Below are positions 46,601 through 60,878 of a DNA stretch of 64,000 nucleotides, piece after piece. The notes under the pieces were generated by a model. That model saw only the letters and a program-made list of their open reading frames with translations. It made no database searches and was not told the DNA's origin. This DNA is from Podarcis erhardii (Eukaryota): the NCBI GenBank assembly GCA_964252035.1, contig OZ176204.1; one strand, given 5' to 3'. A program made the position numbers and the translations under genes. The first letter of the stretch is position 1; every line of letters begins with the position of its first letter.

Positions 46601-47279
46601 CAGTTCAGTTCCCATTCCTTACCCCAGTCAAATCCAGATAAAGTAATCTTAACTGATTTCCTCAAATTAATATCCTGCCCAGTTACTAAGGCCCATCCTC
46701 CAAATCACTTTCCCCCAGTTTCACTACGTAGCCAAAAACACTAAAATAGCAGATTCAGGGCCCACTCCCAGCAAAACCCCAGTCTGTGTGCAGAGGAAAT
46801 ACTGTACAGGATTGTATCCAACCAAGTTATGCTATTACTGTAACTCAAGGTCTTCTGCCTATGCACCCTCCATCTCATCTGGATATTTGGGGACAATCCC
46901 CAGAACAGATTTGGAAGAGGAGTGGGGTGGGGGGAAAGGGAGAGGAAGTCCCATTATAAGCAGGCAGACGCCATTGAGCTAACTGGATGACTTCACTGCG
47001 TACAACCCACAGTAATTTGGCTTCCATTGATCAATTATGGGTTGAAATTCAAGTGAACTGAAGCATGACTAAGGCTGCAGTCCTAAATACACTTACAAGG
47101 AAGTAAGTCCCATTGAAACTGTCCCAAGTTAAACAAGCATAATTTTGCCCTGTAAGTGTTATTATATATGGTGTGTTTCTTCTCATCTTGAATGTGATAC
47201 TGTTTGGCATAGAGGCTGTCATAACTTGAGACATGCCTGCACCTGCTTGTTTCCACATGTCAGAGCCAAAATGGGTGTA

Positions 47280-47496
47280 CAGTCATACCTTGTGTTACGT
47301 TTGCTTCACGTTGCGGCTTTTCAGGTTATGAACAGGGCAAACCCGGGAGTGTTTACTTCCGGGTTCGCTGCACGTGTATGCACAGAAGCGATCTGCGTGC
47401 TTCACGCACGCGCAGTTGCAGTGCTCTACTTATGGACTTTTCGGGGTGCGAACGGCACCCTGAAATGGATCGTGTTCATAAGTAGAGGTACCACTG
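47280..47496. mobile_element. Tigger/pogo-like MITE, 217 bp
   Basis: TA|CAGTCATACCTTG ... AGAGGTACCACTG|TA; shares the ttacttccgggtt core with 17276-17415. Confidence 0.88.
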
Positions 47497-50400
47497 TACA
47501 CTGAAACACATGTGGGCTATACTGTTTTCACAGTGTACTGCTCTCACCATTCACACATTCACTGGTAACAAAAGAAATGCGAGGCAACTTAAAGTGCCGC
47601 ATTGCAGCAGTCAGATTTTTAGTGTTGGGATACAGTTATCCTGTTCAACTTTGTACTGGACTGTAATGAATACATGATTCATCGTGGCCATAAGTGGGAA
47701 CAATTAAAGTGTAAATTCAGGCTAATCCTTGGACGCCTGTTTGTGCCACTTCCATCATGTTTTGACAAAACGACTTGATTGTCATGTGCCCACTGTAGAA
47801 GGTACATATTCCAATGGCTGCCGTATGAGAATAAATAATCACATAGGGCTGATAATAACTTTAATTTATGGAGTCATCGGTATTAATAAAGTTGTCCTTA
47901 TTTACAATGGTAATTTTGAATTGCCTGGATTGGTCTGACTGAGAACCAGTTTTAACAGCAGTCCTTAATACCTCTGCTCTTGCCAAAGTCTCTTTCCATA
48001 GCCAGCTAATCAGAACTCCAGAGATATTTTGTGCCTTCTGTAAATGTGTGGGTGCAATTACTCAGAGAAGGCAGAATGCTGCTTGCTATTTATAACTTTC
48101 ATTTTACCTTTTATCTCTCCTTGCACACACTCTCCCTAGCGCTATTCAGATTCCCTTCATAATGATGGCTGATTCCTGACTCCTTTTTTTTTAAATCTAC
48201 CGGGTCAGTGGGAGGTCATAATTTAACTGTGTTGCTGTATGTGGCAATGCTTTTCTCTTGTCACACATACTTGAAACAATATAGCAAGAGGCACAATTAG
48301 TGCTTTTTAGCACATGGGCCAAACTTCAGTGAGCTGCTCCTGTTCAAAAAGGAATTTAAAGAGATAGTTGGCAAGGAAAGCCAACCCTGGACATGTCCAA
48401 GAATTCCATGTAAGGCAGTGACTGAGCCTGCTGCTGGATTTCTGGGATAAAGGACCAATTCTGCACTCTCTACATCACTCAGTAATAGCTTCCCAGTGCA
48501 CTCAAGCAGGCTCCAATCTATAGTGATGGCACTTATTGTTGTAGAAGAGAAAATATGATGGCAAAATCTGGGTGGACCCTTGAATAGCATGGCTGGCCGG
48601 GAATGGAAAGAGCCCCCTTGGGTTTCAATATAGTTTGGTCCATAGCATAGCAGGAGCATCCACCAAAGTTTCAGGCCAAGAAGGCCCATGAAATAACACC
48701 AGGGTCATACTTCCTTGCTTGCATAGAATGTCACAGTCTCTCTCTATAGTTGCTGGTGTTGATCTAGCAGAAATAGTTCAAATGCCACTAAGATTGGAGC
48801 CTAAGTTGGGAGGGAGAGGGGTGGGAGGGAAATAAATTGCACTTCAGGAGAATGTCCTTGCTGCAGTATGGGTAGTCTTGTCAGGTCCAGACATTTATTC
48901 TCTGCCTGCACCCCCCCGCCCCTAGTACTGTCTCTGTTTTGAAAAATAATAATGGAGGACTTCTTTTTGATCCTTTTGTTTTAGCTCTCACATTTCTGCA
49001 GGAAGGCCCCACTTGACTGAAAAAGTTGAAATGTTATCACTAAAAAAGATGGCACACAGTTGCATATAATCTGCATGTGCTATTTTATACATTTAGATGC
49101 CAATTTAGAAATTGCTATAATTGAAATAGAAATACAAATACAGGGTATCTCACCATAGTCCATGAAGTCTGAACTGGTGATTTCTTTGCCTTTCCAATTC
49201 AGGTTCTAACTGATGGTGGGCAATATCCTGGCCCCTGCTCTCTTTTCTTAGGGTTCTTTTTATTTAACAAACCAAACATGGTCCAGACAGTTCTCCAGAT
49301 AGAAGACACACCAAATAGAGAACCATCTTCTGTAGAACAGGACCCATGCACCCCCTTCATTTCTGTCTGATTGATTGATTATATTTAAACTCTGCTCTCT
49401 ACCCCCATCCATTCTACATAATTAGAAGCACTCTGTCCTTCTAACCATCCTTGTTAGGCAGGGTAAGCTCTGAGGTAATAACTGGACTAATGAGTGTCAG
49501 GGCTGAGAGTGGATATAAATCTGCACCCCTCTGTTCCTAGTCTGATGCTACACTGCACTGACTCTCACAGGCTTTGTATTTATAGGCATATATGACAGTA
49601 TAATATTCATGCATATTAGTTACAGTATACAAGTGTGCATTGACAATTGAATACTCTTTGGATACTGTTCCTGCCCTTGGTATCCAGTGCCAATTATTCT
49701 ATACACTCTAAAGACTGGATATTTAATAGATTTGCTCACATGTTCTGGAGCCTGTGCATCTTACATTAGCAGTAACCTTCTCCCTTCAGCAGCCAGACCT
49801 TTTCAGCTTTCCTGCCTTCCTGGGATTTGTAGGCGAGGACACAGTTCTGTCTTTCAGAAGACAAGCCCTAGAGTTCTACATGTGTTTCATTCTTTTCAAA
49901 GGAGGCCTCTTCTAGCTCACTGTTCAGAATGTTGCTTGCTCTGTTTTAACACTATTTCGGATGGGCTTTGGTGAATTTCACAACAGGATATCTATAGATA
50001 TGTAAATAAAAAGGAAGTAATTTTGCATAAAACCCTTAGGCATAATGTACAATTTAGGTTGTAATCCTAGACATATCTACTGAGAAGCTATTCTTGTAGA
50101 CTTAAATGATATACCCCTGGAAAGTGTACAGTATTCAGGATTGCAACTTTAGCCTCAGTATCCCCCTAAAACTAATGGACTTTTGTAGCCCAGGTTAGGG
50201 CCTTGGTAAAGTGTATTTATTGTGTGTCCACTTACACACACACGGGTCCTGAGACTTGTTAATGTGTGCCCTCCCGTTTTTTTGTAAAGTAATTAGACAT
50301 GCATCCCACAATGGGGCAAAGGGTCTCCAAAGAAGAGAGAGAAGAAACAAAATCAAAGGCATGGAAAAGATTGGGATGATTGGGAAGAGCTCTGCAAGTT

Positions 50401-51888
50401 TTTGCTACTTTTAAAGAAGGGGTTGTACATGTGCTCAAGCACTGGAGTACACAGCCAGTGATATATTAAAAAATGCAGGCATAGATAAGGAGTGTTGCAT
50501 CACTAAGGGTGGTGAAATATACACAACAGCTGGGTAACGAAAGTACTCTTTTGTGCTGAAAACTGATCATGAGCAAAAGCCCATGAGCAATGTGTCACTC
50601 TCATCCACATAATAAAATCCAGAGGAAGTTGGGAGTCTTCTCTGCAAGTCTGAGGAACAGCAGAAAAAGCAGCTGCTCTGTGCTAGTGGGTATAAATATC
50701 TCATGACTGGCCAGTCAGGACTTGTTTTACTACAAAGCTATTAGAATGGATCATTATTGCAATATAGAGACTTGAAGAAGTCTCCCAAAGCCTTTGCTAC
50801 CTTAGTGACTTGGAGGGTCCTGTGTTCGTAGAACTAGTACTACTCAGACTGAATGCATTACAAAAAGAAGAAGAAGAAATCACTTTTCAGCCATATTAAT
50901 TGATCTGAAACCTATCCATTCCAGAAGGCAGTGTGTATAATTCCCTAACCGCCCCACCCCCTCACCCAATGGTATAGTTGACGTTATTGCTTTCTTTCCT
51001 TGGTTACTAGATTTGTTATTTTCCCCCTTCTTCCGTTTCCTCATATCTTTATTTGTAGTGTTGGAGGACTGAAATTGATGACCTCTGTGCCCGAGTGGAG
51101 GGGAAATATTGCTTCTTTAGCAGCCTACTTAGTGCTAGCTGCCAAAAGATTAATTTAGCCTGGAGAAGTGTCCTTGAAAAAGCAGCCATTTGAGTTAGAA
51201 GGCAGGCAACTTGCTCATCTCTCAGGGTCCTGCCAGATACCTGTTGTGCATTGGAGTGCTGCTCTTAATTTCAGTATCTGCCTGTGCACACACAGGTAGA
51301 GAGACCATTTGGATTTTTGTAAAGGAGCTTATTAGTTTATGCTATCCTAACAGTATGCAGTAGATGCAATAAGAGCAGCATCAGCTTGCAGTGCAGTAGC
51401 TGTTGTGGTACCCTCACCTTCCCAGGACCCCATTCCCTCCACCCTTATTTTCACAAGTAGTATTGTGCAGTACAAGACCGTGAGAATGAATGAGTTATTT
51501 GAAAGCACTTGGACAATTCAAGGATGCTATGTAGACCATCCTGATGCTGATCGTATAAGATGGCGTCCCTTTACCAACAATCAAAGAGTGAGGTCTGCTT
51601 TAGGAAATTGTTTCATCATTTGACTCCATTTAATTAATGAAACTAATGTAGTTCAAGGATAAAAATGTATTTGCTTTTTAAAGATGCATTCAGACACTCC
51701 AGTTGGCGTTGAATCACAATTCATATTGGGTTCATTTAATTGTTCTGCTTTATTTCTGATAAAATACGCAGCTGAATTGATGTGGGATCACTTCCATGTT
51801 ACTGAATAGTTGTATGTGCCTATAGAAAGGGACTCACCTCTTACGTGATAGCATAGGAGATAAAAGTGGCTGCTGCTATCCATGGAAA

Positions 51889-51891
<3 letters not shown>

Positions 51892-51926
<35 letters not shown>
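51892..51926. repeat. (GT)17 microsatellite
   Basis: Read directly. Confidence 0.95.
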
Positions 51927-51931
<5 letters not shown>

Positions 51932-54900
51932 TAGAGTGTGATTTTAGAGACACTTAGTGAAAAGAAATTGTCACTTCTCTGCCTTATGAACCATGGAAGT
52001 GCATAGCAACATTCTGTTGTGAGAGATATTGTTCCAGGGAACAGGTCTGTTATAACCCTGGTACTCTCTATTACAACTTCGTAAAGACCCAGTGTGGGAT
52101 TTTTCATGAATATGGAAAAACGATTATTTGCTAACAAAGTTTTCCATTTCCATGTATCGAGCACAGTTTATGACTATTCCTTCCAGTGCTTATGGTACTC
52201 TTGCTGGTGGGAAGAATTAAATCGGCATACATGAGAGTTTGCATAAGGGTGAGCTTTAGGACATGTTACAGCTCCCTTCTGTCTCAGGCCTTGGATCACA
52301 AATCATACCCTGGAAGCAAAGCTTTGATAAATCAGTCTGTGAATGCAGCAAATTGCATTTATTTTATTTTATTTCTTTAATCTTAAAGCATTACTTCTAT
52401 GATATGCTGGTGTTACACCCATGTTTTTCACAGCAGATGTGTGAAGTACGAATGATGGATGCTGTTATTAAGCACCTGTCTGCAAATGGTGAGGAGTCAT
52501 GGCTCAAACAGCCCATGAGTTCTCGAGGGTTAGTAGGTAGGTTTTGAAAACATACTTTGTGGCTTTAAACTGAAGCCTATACATTCAATTAACAAAGCAG
52601 CTACTGTTCTGTAAATCCATATTTGCATGTACACATTCATGCAGCCAAAGAATGTATGAATAGGTTCTTCAAAACAGAGCAGTGCCCTTTTACCATCTTG
52701 AATAAAATTATCTGTTTCTAGAGAAATTGCTTTGTTGCATTTAGGGAACAACTTGGCATCATGTTAGGCTCTGGTCATATCAAGCCTCAGGAATGTTGCA
52801 TGCATTGGAAAATATTAACTTCTGAAAGGAGATCTCAAATCACTTAGGGAAGCAAAGCCTTTGAATCCTCTTTATTTTATTTTATTTATTTAAGTTTCGT
52901 TAATTTCTTAATTATAAAAATACACATAAGCATTACAAAACTAATACAGCATTTCAGAGACAATTAAATGCATTGTTAGTTTAAAATGCTTCCCATTAAT
53001 AAAACACAGATTTTATTTCTTAATTCTTTTTAGGTATTTCTGACTTGTCCAAATGTATTGGTCCTGTTTCAGTGTGAGTGAACAGTTAAGAGGTCTAGGC
53101 TGACACAGTGTTAGAAACTGAGATATGAAAGCTAGGAGCTACATGGGACCCTAAACCTAGGTTATGGGTGCAACAATGGAATGTCTAGGCACACTTTTTT
53201 ATAGCAATAATACAAAGCTGAAAATGAATGAACTGCAGCTAAAATATTATGTTTATTTTCCATATGGTCTAGTTCTTCCCTTGCCCACATCCTTCATATT
53301 CTTAAGAGGGTCTCTTCTCCTGTCTTCAGAGACTAGCTGGAAGTGGGGAGGCAGAAAAAGGTCCTCCTTTCCTTCCACTCTGCAGTTTTAATCTGAAATC
53401 TTAGGCTCAGTACTGCACCCAGAGCTCAGAAACTGCTCACACTAATGAAATTCCCTGTTGCAAACTGCGCCTAGAACAATGGGAGTTTTGAACACTGCTG
53501 ACATGGTAATGCTCTGCCATTTTCCTTTTTATTAATCTATGTAATGAAATCAAACCATTCCGAAATAAAATTGTCCATCTTTTTAATCCTCTTGGCCATT
53601 CTCAGTTTATGTGTCAACATCTCTTGCTCAGTGCAATACTACAGATTTTTCTATGCCCATAGTCCCTTGTGACCCCCTTCATCTATCTCCAAAATTGTGC
53701 TACTGTTGACCTGGCTGCCGCTAGTAAGTTGCTGATCAGGGCCTCAGCATTTTGATTTATATTATTTTCAGAGAAAATGAGTTTGAATCCTCTTAATCAC
53801 ATAGTTACAGCCAGATATGCAATATCCTTTTCTTGAGAAGGTAAAATGAAGACACATTCAATAGAATTCCAGCTTAAGCTTTTAAAAACAAATCATATCG
53901 TTCCTTTTATTATACTCTTTCCACTTGGTTACATAGATTTGTCTTTGAGGGCATGTTCATCACAACAGGATGTCCTTTTCAAGAAGTAGTATTTTGCCTG
54001 TACTTGCAAAATCATTGTTGTAAAGTCTCTTGAGTTACTTGCAAAAGCATTAATCATTACCTTAGGGAAAATATAATTATCTGTGGAGAAATCATGTCTT
54101 GAGTCTAGGTAACTCTGACTTAACAGCTTGACTGCTGCTCAGTATTCCAGAGGAGAATAGTCTTGGCACCATGCTACTTATTTCCATGCTAGTTCAGTGC
54201 AGTTTAATGAACTGCTGTAGGTAGATCAAATGGTTCCTTTTTTTAAAAGGAGGAAAATGATTCATTCAACTCTGAACACGTTTATCTCCCCTTTAAGCTG
54301 TAATTTCTCCCACTGGAAAAAAAAATGGTATTCAGAAGTACTCTGGAAGAGGTCATAGCTCTGTGCTAGAACACATGTTTTACATACAGAAGACAATCTT
54401 AAAATTTACATGGAGGCAAAGAATTCAACCCCTTTTTCATTTTAGATAGCAACACAGAGAGAGGTTCCCTTCCTGAGATCTTGATGTGGTGCTTTCATAA
54501 AGAGCATACAATATTGGACTCAAGGGACCAGTTGTGACCCAGTATGTGGCCGCTTTGCTTAACTTCCATTGTGTCATACCCAGTGAATCTGTAGTTGGCA
54601 ACCTGCAGCAAATGCGCATTTGGAATTGATAGGATTCAAGGACTGTGCATGGTCACAATGCTAAGACAAAACAAGGTTCAGCAAATTATAGCCCAAACAA
54701 ACCTAAGATCCATGAACCTTGGCTTCTTTGGAGACAAAACAACAACAACAACAACTGTGAACACTGGTGTGAACCTAAACCTAAACCAGCCACTTCATTA
54801 TTTGTTTCACCTGCTGGAGGAAGCGAGGAGCAAAGTGGGAGGGCTTGAGCTGTGTGCCCATAATTCATGCACAGACTTGCTTAACCATGGTTTTTGGTTG

Positions 54901-56436
54901 AGCATTGCATGACCAATGAATGCCATGGGATATGAGTTATAGTTGAAAGGAGAGGAAGTATGAAGAAGGCAGCATTTGCCCATTTTTCTTTTGTTTGGAA
55001 ACACAGAAAAGCCAAAGAGTTGAAGCCATCTATAGCAAACTCCTCCCTGTGCCCCACTAAGTATGATTTGAGTCTTGAACTACTCATGATTTTTAATCTC
55101 AATACCTATAGTAAAGTTTATTCCTCATACGTTGATTTCATTAATGATTAACAATGTAAGGAGAACTCCGCAAAGTACTTACAGTCCTACCGTTGTAAGA
55201 AAATAGGTCTCCACCCTTTTCAGAATGCAATTGCTTCTCAAAGTCCTGGTGCAAGCCAGCCACTGGGCACACCCAAGTGCTGCTGAAGACATCTCAATGT
55301 GCAGAAAATGGCCGACCTAGGTGGTAGCCTTAGTTAATTGTTAGTGCTATTTAATTTAATTTAATTTAATTTATTTATTTTTTAAAAAACAGTTTTCAAT
55401 TCAGGTGCTGCTGTTTTTCATCAACTGGTAGAATAACTTGGAGAGTCAATAAAGTTGCTCCCTTTTATCTGGGCTATTATGGGACCACCCGAGGGGCAAA
55501 TCAGAAGATGGTGTCATGGCATGAGAAGGGCTGTACTGTGGCGGTCAGTATTTTTAAGTCAGAAAGAAGAGAAGAACCTCCCCTTCCTTATGCATTGGAA
55601 AGAGTGCTGCATTTCCTCTCATTTCTCCCTCTATCCCCATCATAACCCAGGATTGGCAGTATCTGTCCATCAGGTCAACTTGCTCAGTCACTTGCCAGGT
55701 CTCCCTTTAGGTTGTGTTACTTGCAGTTGATACATGATTCTCTTACTGTTCTGCTGGAGCGCTAACAAGTGATAGGTGATATGGAGTAGTGATATTTTCA
55801 CGGACCCTATTTCCGCATTGCTAGCTGACAGTTTTGATGTCAAGGGACAAGCTTGCATGGCACGACTGGGATCCTCTGGCTGGCAAGTTTAATGCTACAG
55901 ACATGCTCAGAAGTGAATGACTCAGAACTTTTCACTTGGTGATAAGGTGTCATGGGAGAGGTCACTGGTCTGCTCACTCCAGTTTGTGCATGCTTCTGCT
56001 TTTGTAAGTTCACAAATGAAAAAATCTAAGCATATTGGTCTGATGTCAAAGTTCAGGACTCTTTGGGGTCACTAACTTAGTAGCTTTAGCCTGCAGATAT
56101 GAGAGCTAGAGAGAGGCTTCAGGGACGTGACTTTCTCATTGCCTCTGGCTAGCTGCAGAAGATCCTGGCCACCAAATGTTTAGAAGTGACATATCCAAAT
56201 GTCAAATATTTGAAGATGTATGTGAAAGACCCATGACCTAGCATTGAAGCTGTACCTGATACTCAAAATAAAATTGTTAGCAGAGGAAAAAGTCATTCCA
56301 GTATAAAACTGACGCAAGTGAACAGCCAGGTCTTGTCTGTGTTTATCTTTTGCCCCACACTTTCCAAGCATAGGTCCGTGTCTGAGTAGGGTTGTTGTTT
56401 TTTTGTCCAGAGCTTTCCTTGAAAAAACCTGCTCTT

Positions 56437-56686
56437 GGGTCATTCCACACCAAATCACCTCATTTTAATACTCGACTGTGCTCTCACAACTCGGATTTTC
56501 TTCATTTTTTTAAAAAAATGTGTAGATACCTATGAGATAACCTCAAGATTTAAGATTTTTTTGGGTTCAAAATGGGGCACAGGAGAATTTTTTGAAAATT
56601 TTGATTTTCACACATAATTTTTTTTTATGAAGAAAATCTGAGTTGTGAGAGCGCATGGCACCAGGTGATTTGATGTAGAATGACCG
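56437..56686. mobile_element. MITE with long imperfect TIRs, superfamily unassigned
   Basis: Outer arms match at 20/22 and inner arms at 26/28; TCTT direct repeat on both flanks. Confidence 0.75.
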
Positions 56687-58185
56687 TCTTTAAATCTGAA
56701 TTGGAGCGCAGTTAATGGCTTCTTCTAATATTCGAAGTGACTCACATTCATCTGGGCCATCTCATAATTTATGCTTGAAAAACAGTTTCCAACTAAGCCT
56801 TGTGTTGCACATTGAGCTATTCCTGAAGACTGCTTGGAAGTTGCTGCAGTAGCAGAATCCGATGGCCTGGCTTCCTTCATGAATAGGTTGCATACCTGCC
56901 AATGTGGCATGAGCCCAAGGTGCTGGTGATCTCTCTTTTTACAATAGCTTTATATAAACTGGTTGCATCAAACATTCAGCATCACCTTCTCTCATATGAA
57001 CTTCCCTGTTGATCAGCTGGACTTAACTTTCCTGAGAAGACATGTATCAGATTGCCATGCTGGAAATTTAGTGTAGATTTTTTTGGCAGGCTTTCTAGAC
57101 TTTTACTGGAAATTTGGGCATCCTTTCTCTGATGTGGTTTAGTATGTGTTAGGACTGGTCTTTCCATTTTTTCTTAGCTAAGTCCACTATATAGTAGAAA
57201 ATGATTATCTTGAGTGCATTGGGCTTGTGGCAGTGAACCCTCTAGTTCTGATTCAGTAAGCTGGTGCGATAGCTCACAACGTTCAAACTCAGTAATTTGC
57301 CGGACAGTTCCTGTTAAGGAAAACTGTCATTTTGGCGGGGGTTAAAACCTCACACAGATGGTTGAGGAATGGGAAGAGCCTGAACCATGGGGGTTTTATG
57401 CTGTAAAACCTGGCATCTTTAAAGGGCTACCAAGGACTAAGAAGCAGTTCAGGGGTAGCAAGGCTGATTTTCACAGAGTGAATTCAGCGAGGCCATTATT
57501 TTGCTGCAGGCTTCCAGTAAATAAAATAAAAGTGCACTCCAGGGCATACAGGTTTTGCAGGAAGGCACTAATCCCCTCCTGGGTCTCAGTGCCTGCTTCA
57601 GCTGCTCTTGACAGTTTCAAACCACTCGAGCAACTTGGTAGTACAGCTGTATGCAAATTTTCAAGTGACACAGGAATTTCATCCTTTGGGGTTTTGTGTG
57701 TGACTCAATAGTCCTAAATCAACAAAAGTTTATCTGTGTAGGAGTCACAAGAAGGTCTTAGTGAAGCAGAATGAAAAATATCTGCCATACTGAGACCTTT
57801 CTCCACTCTAACTCTTGCAGAATGCTATAAGTACCACTCCATTAAAATGTCACTTAATTGATAATGTTTTCTGCCTGATATAGAGCCCTGTATAATTCAA
57901 ATGCTTACAAATTCCTGTACCTATATCTTCATGTACTAAAGATGAGTAAAAATGAAATTGCATTAAATTATATGTATGATAGTTTTCAAAAGACCAATTT
58001 TAGATGGGACAAGAGTGCACTAGTTTTCCAGTTGTATGCAAGCCCTCAGTCGCTGCGCAGGGAGTGTTGGGCAGGAACGTACAATATATGAAATGTATCA
58101 TTTTTTGCTGTAACTTTCTTTTATGTGGGACTGTGTAGGTTTGTTTCCAACTTTGCCATTTATTATTTGTCCCACAGAATAAAAA

Positions 58186-58517
58186 GTGCTGTTGTCTAAA
58201 CCACTGAGCCTCTTGAGCTTGCTGATCAGAAGGTCGGTGGTTCGAGTCCGCCCAACAGGTTGAGCTCCCATTGCTCTGTCCAAGCTTCTGCCAACCTAGC
58301 AGTTTGAAAGCACACCAATGCAAGTAGATAAATAGGGAATATAACTGGCTTTGTCACAGTGTTCTGTTGCACCAGAAGCAGTTTAGTCCTGCTGGCCACA
58401 TGACCCGGAAAGCTGTCTGTGGACAAATGCCAGCTCTCTTGGCCTGAAGCGAGATGAGCGCCGCACCCCATAGTTGCCTTTGACTGGACGTAACCATCCA
58501 GGGGCCCATTACCTTTA
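58186..58517 (+). mobile_element. Sauria SINE, slightly 5'-truncated
   Basis: Aligns with 23526-23892; 15-bp TSD CCCACAGAATAAAAA (58171-58185, 58518-58532). Confidence 0.9.
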
Positions 58518-60878
58518 CCCACAGAATAAAAAACTTGCTCATAGTGCAATTCTTAGAAGCTTCCATAAGATTCAACCCAACATTCAACCCAACATTCAGC
58601 TCAATCTCACAGTCAGGATTACGAAAGACCACAGCCCCTTTTTCTCCACACACACAGCTCCCTTGGCTGGAATCTGTTGTTAAAGAGATTTAAAACTGGT
58701 TTAAACAGTCTGCACTACTGCAGCAGTAGTATCTGAGAAGCAAAATGAGAAATTGAGTAAGAACTTGGTCAGGTAGCTTATGTTTTATAATAAAGAGTTC
58801 TCTGTTGCCGTAAAGATAGCCACCGTGGCATAAATTGTTTAAATTTGGTGGCTGCAAGGCAGGTAGATGCTCAGACCAACAAACAAGCCCACCTTGCTCA
58901 TGTCACATAATCCTGGGCAGCTAAAGCAGAAACACTGCCCTTTGTGCCCTTGGCTAAGCATATTTTTAGGATTCAAGTGTTCGTCTTGTTTTGTCGCATC
59001 TTCTCTGCTTGTAGTTTTCATAATTCTCAGGAGGTCGTTAGGTTCTTGAGAAATTAATGAGAAATCTCCTAACAAAGTGTACTTGAAGACAACCAGTATG
59101 ACACACATAATATCAGACTCCATTACACTTCCTTTTTCCAACAGTAAATCTTCAGAAAAATGTATCGATTTTCTTCCTTCCAAGGTTCTGCACTTTGGGT
59201 GAACTTAGTTCTGACAAAACAATAGTAGATAATTTTTCTTTACTAGCCAGCTGGCCTTTAAACGTGCATTTTCAATGGCATCCACTTGCAAACTCAAATC
59301 CAAATAAACAATAAATATGATTTGCAAGCTGATTTAGGGAATCAATATTGGCTCTTAGTCAGTTCTTATGCTTATCAGCATATTCTAAATCATTGACCTT
59401 ACATCAAACTACTTGGTTTTAATTGCACATTAGGGGATAAATGTTTAGTGTCGTATGGCTCATTATTTCTCTCTCTCTCCTCTTTAGCATTGACAAAAAA
59501 TGCAGCAAAATATTTGAACAGGATTATAAGGATTACTTTGGGAAATTATTGTATAATTAGATTCTTACTGCAGTTTGTTCATTTTTGCATGGTATGCATC
59601 TAGCTGTAGGCCTGCCAGAAGCAAAAAAACCAGAAACTTGTCTTGGCTATCTGACTCCCCTGTGGTTCCCACCATGTAGCTCATGTTAATATCTCCTCAT
59701 TGTTTGTTTGAACTTTTATCTGAAATGTTTTGAAGGCTGCCCAGGGGTTCGAGTAAATAACGTTGGCCTATAGGCAAACAACTCTATGAATTATATAACA
59801 TTTATTCAGCCTTTTTATTGAAACTTCATTCCACACAAATCTTCAACAGCATCAGGTCTAGATTAACTATTTTTCTAAATATGCTACAGCAGCACAAGGC
59901 TTTCACTGAGTCAACAGACCAGAAATCTCCCTGATACTAAGCTGTGTGTTGCTCATCCTGTTCCCAAGAGTCAGCTAGTTTTTAAAAATTCCATAGGCAG
60001 CTGTACCTTTTGTTACATAAAGTAGGAGCAATGAACATATTCCCAGATGTGCGCATTTAGTCAACCAACATTGGCTCAGCAAGATGAGCATATTTAAGCT
60101 GTTCTTGCTTTCCCACCATCCTCAGTGAAAACCAAACCAACTTTGTGGGCAAATACACCACATCAAGTTCAGAGTAGAACATAATAGTTCTAAATACAAT
60201 CCTCACTTCTTTTTGCCTTGGGATAGATTTGCTTCTGATTCCTGATGAGTTGGAAACTAGCTTTCAGGCTATACTTGGAGACGCGGACAAGAAGTGTAGG
60301 CCTCTTTCCGTTTCATAGCCTGCAACAAATTCCTATTATTTGAGCTACTTGTGGCCCCTGTGGTGAGGGTGGCCATCCATTGTCTTAGAGCCAGAATTCT
60401 ATAGCAAAAAATTACTTATGCTACAGAATATCTTTCTATCGTAACCAGCTTGTTGCTTGTGAATCTGTAGCAAATGTGAGAATCTGAAATACAACATCAA
60501 ATTAGCAGCTTGGTGGTAGTTTGGAGTCACAGAATTAGAATTTCCTCATCCTTGTTCCTTTGCCACTGACATTCTACTTCCTGATTTTGCTAGCAGCTGA
60601 TTGTCACCAGCCTACTGTAGGCCTTATCTGCTCACTATACTCTCCCCTCTGCACCTATGCAGTTCACATAACAAACTATCTTTCTGGTTTTTCTTTTTCC
60701 AGAGGTTGAAGACTTTCAAGCATTTTGTGTCAAGCCATCCAGTTTGCAAAACAGATGGGATTTGGTTCTACCAAACCTTTCTTCTGGGAAAATGCACTGA
60801 ATCAGAGGCTGTGCCTAATATGGCTGGTTTTGACCTTTACCTCTACTGGAATGGACCCCAATGCATGACTTCGTTACC

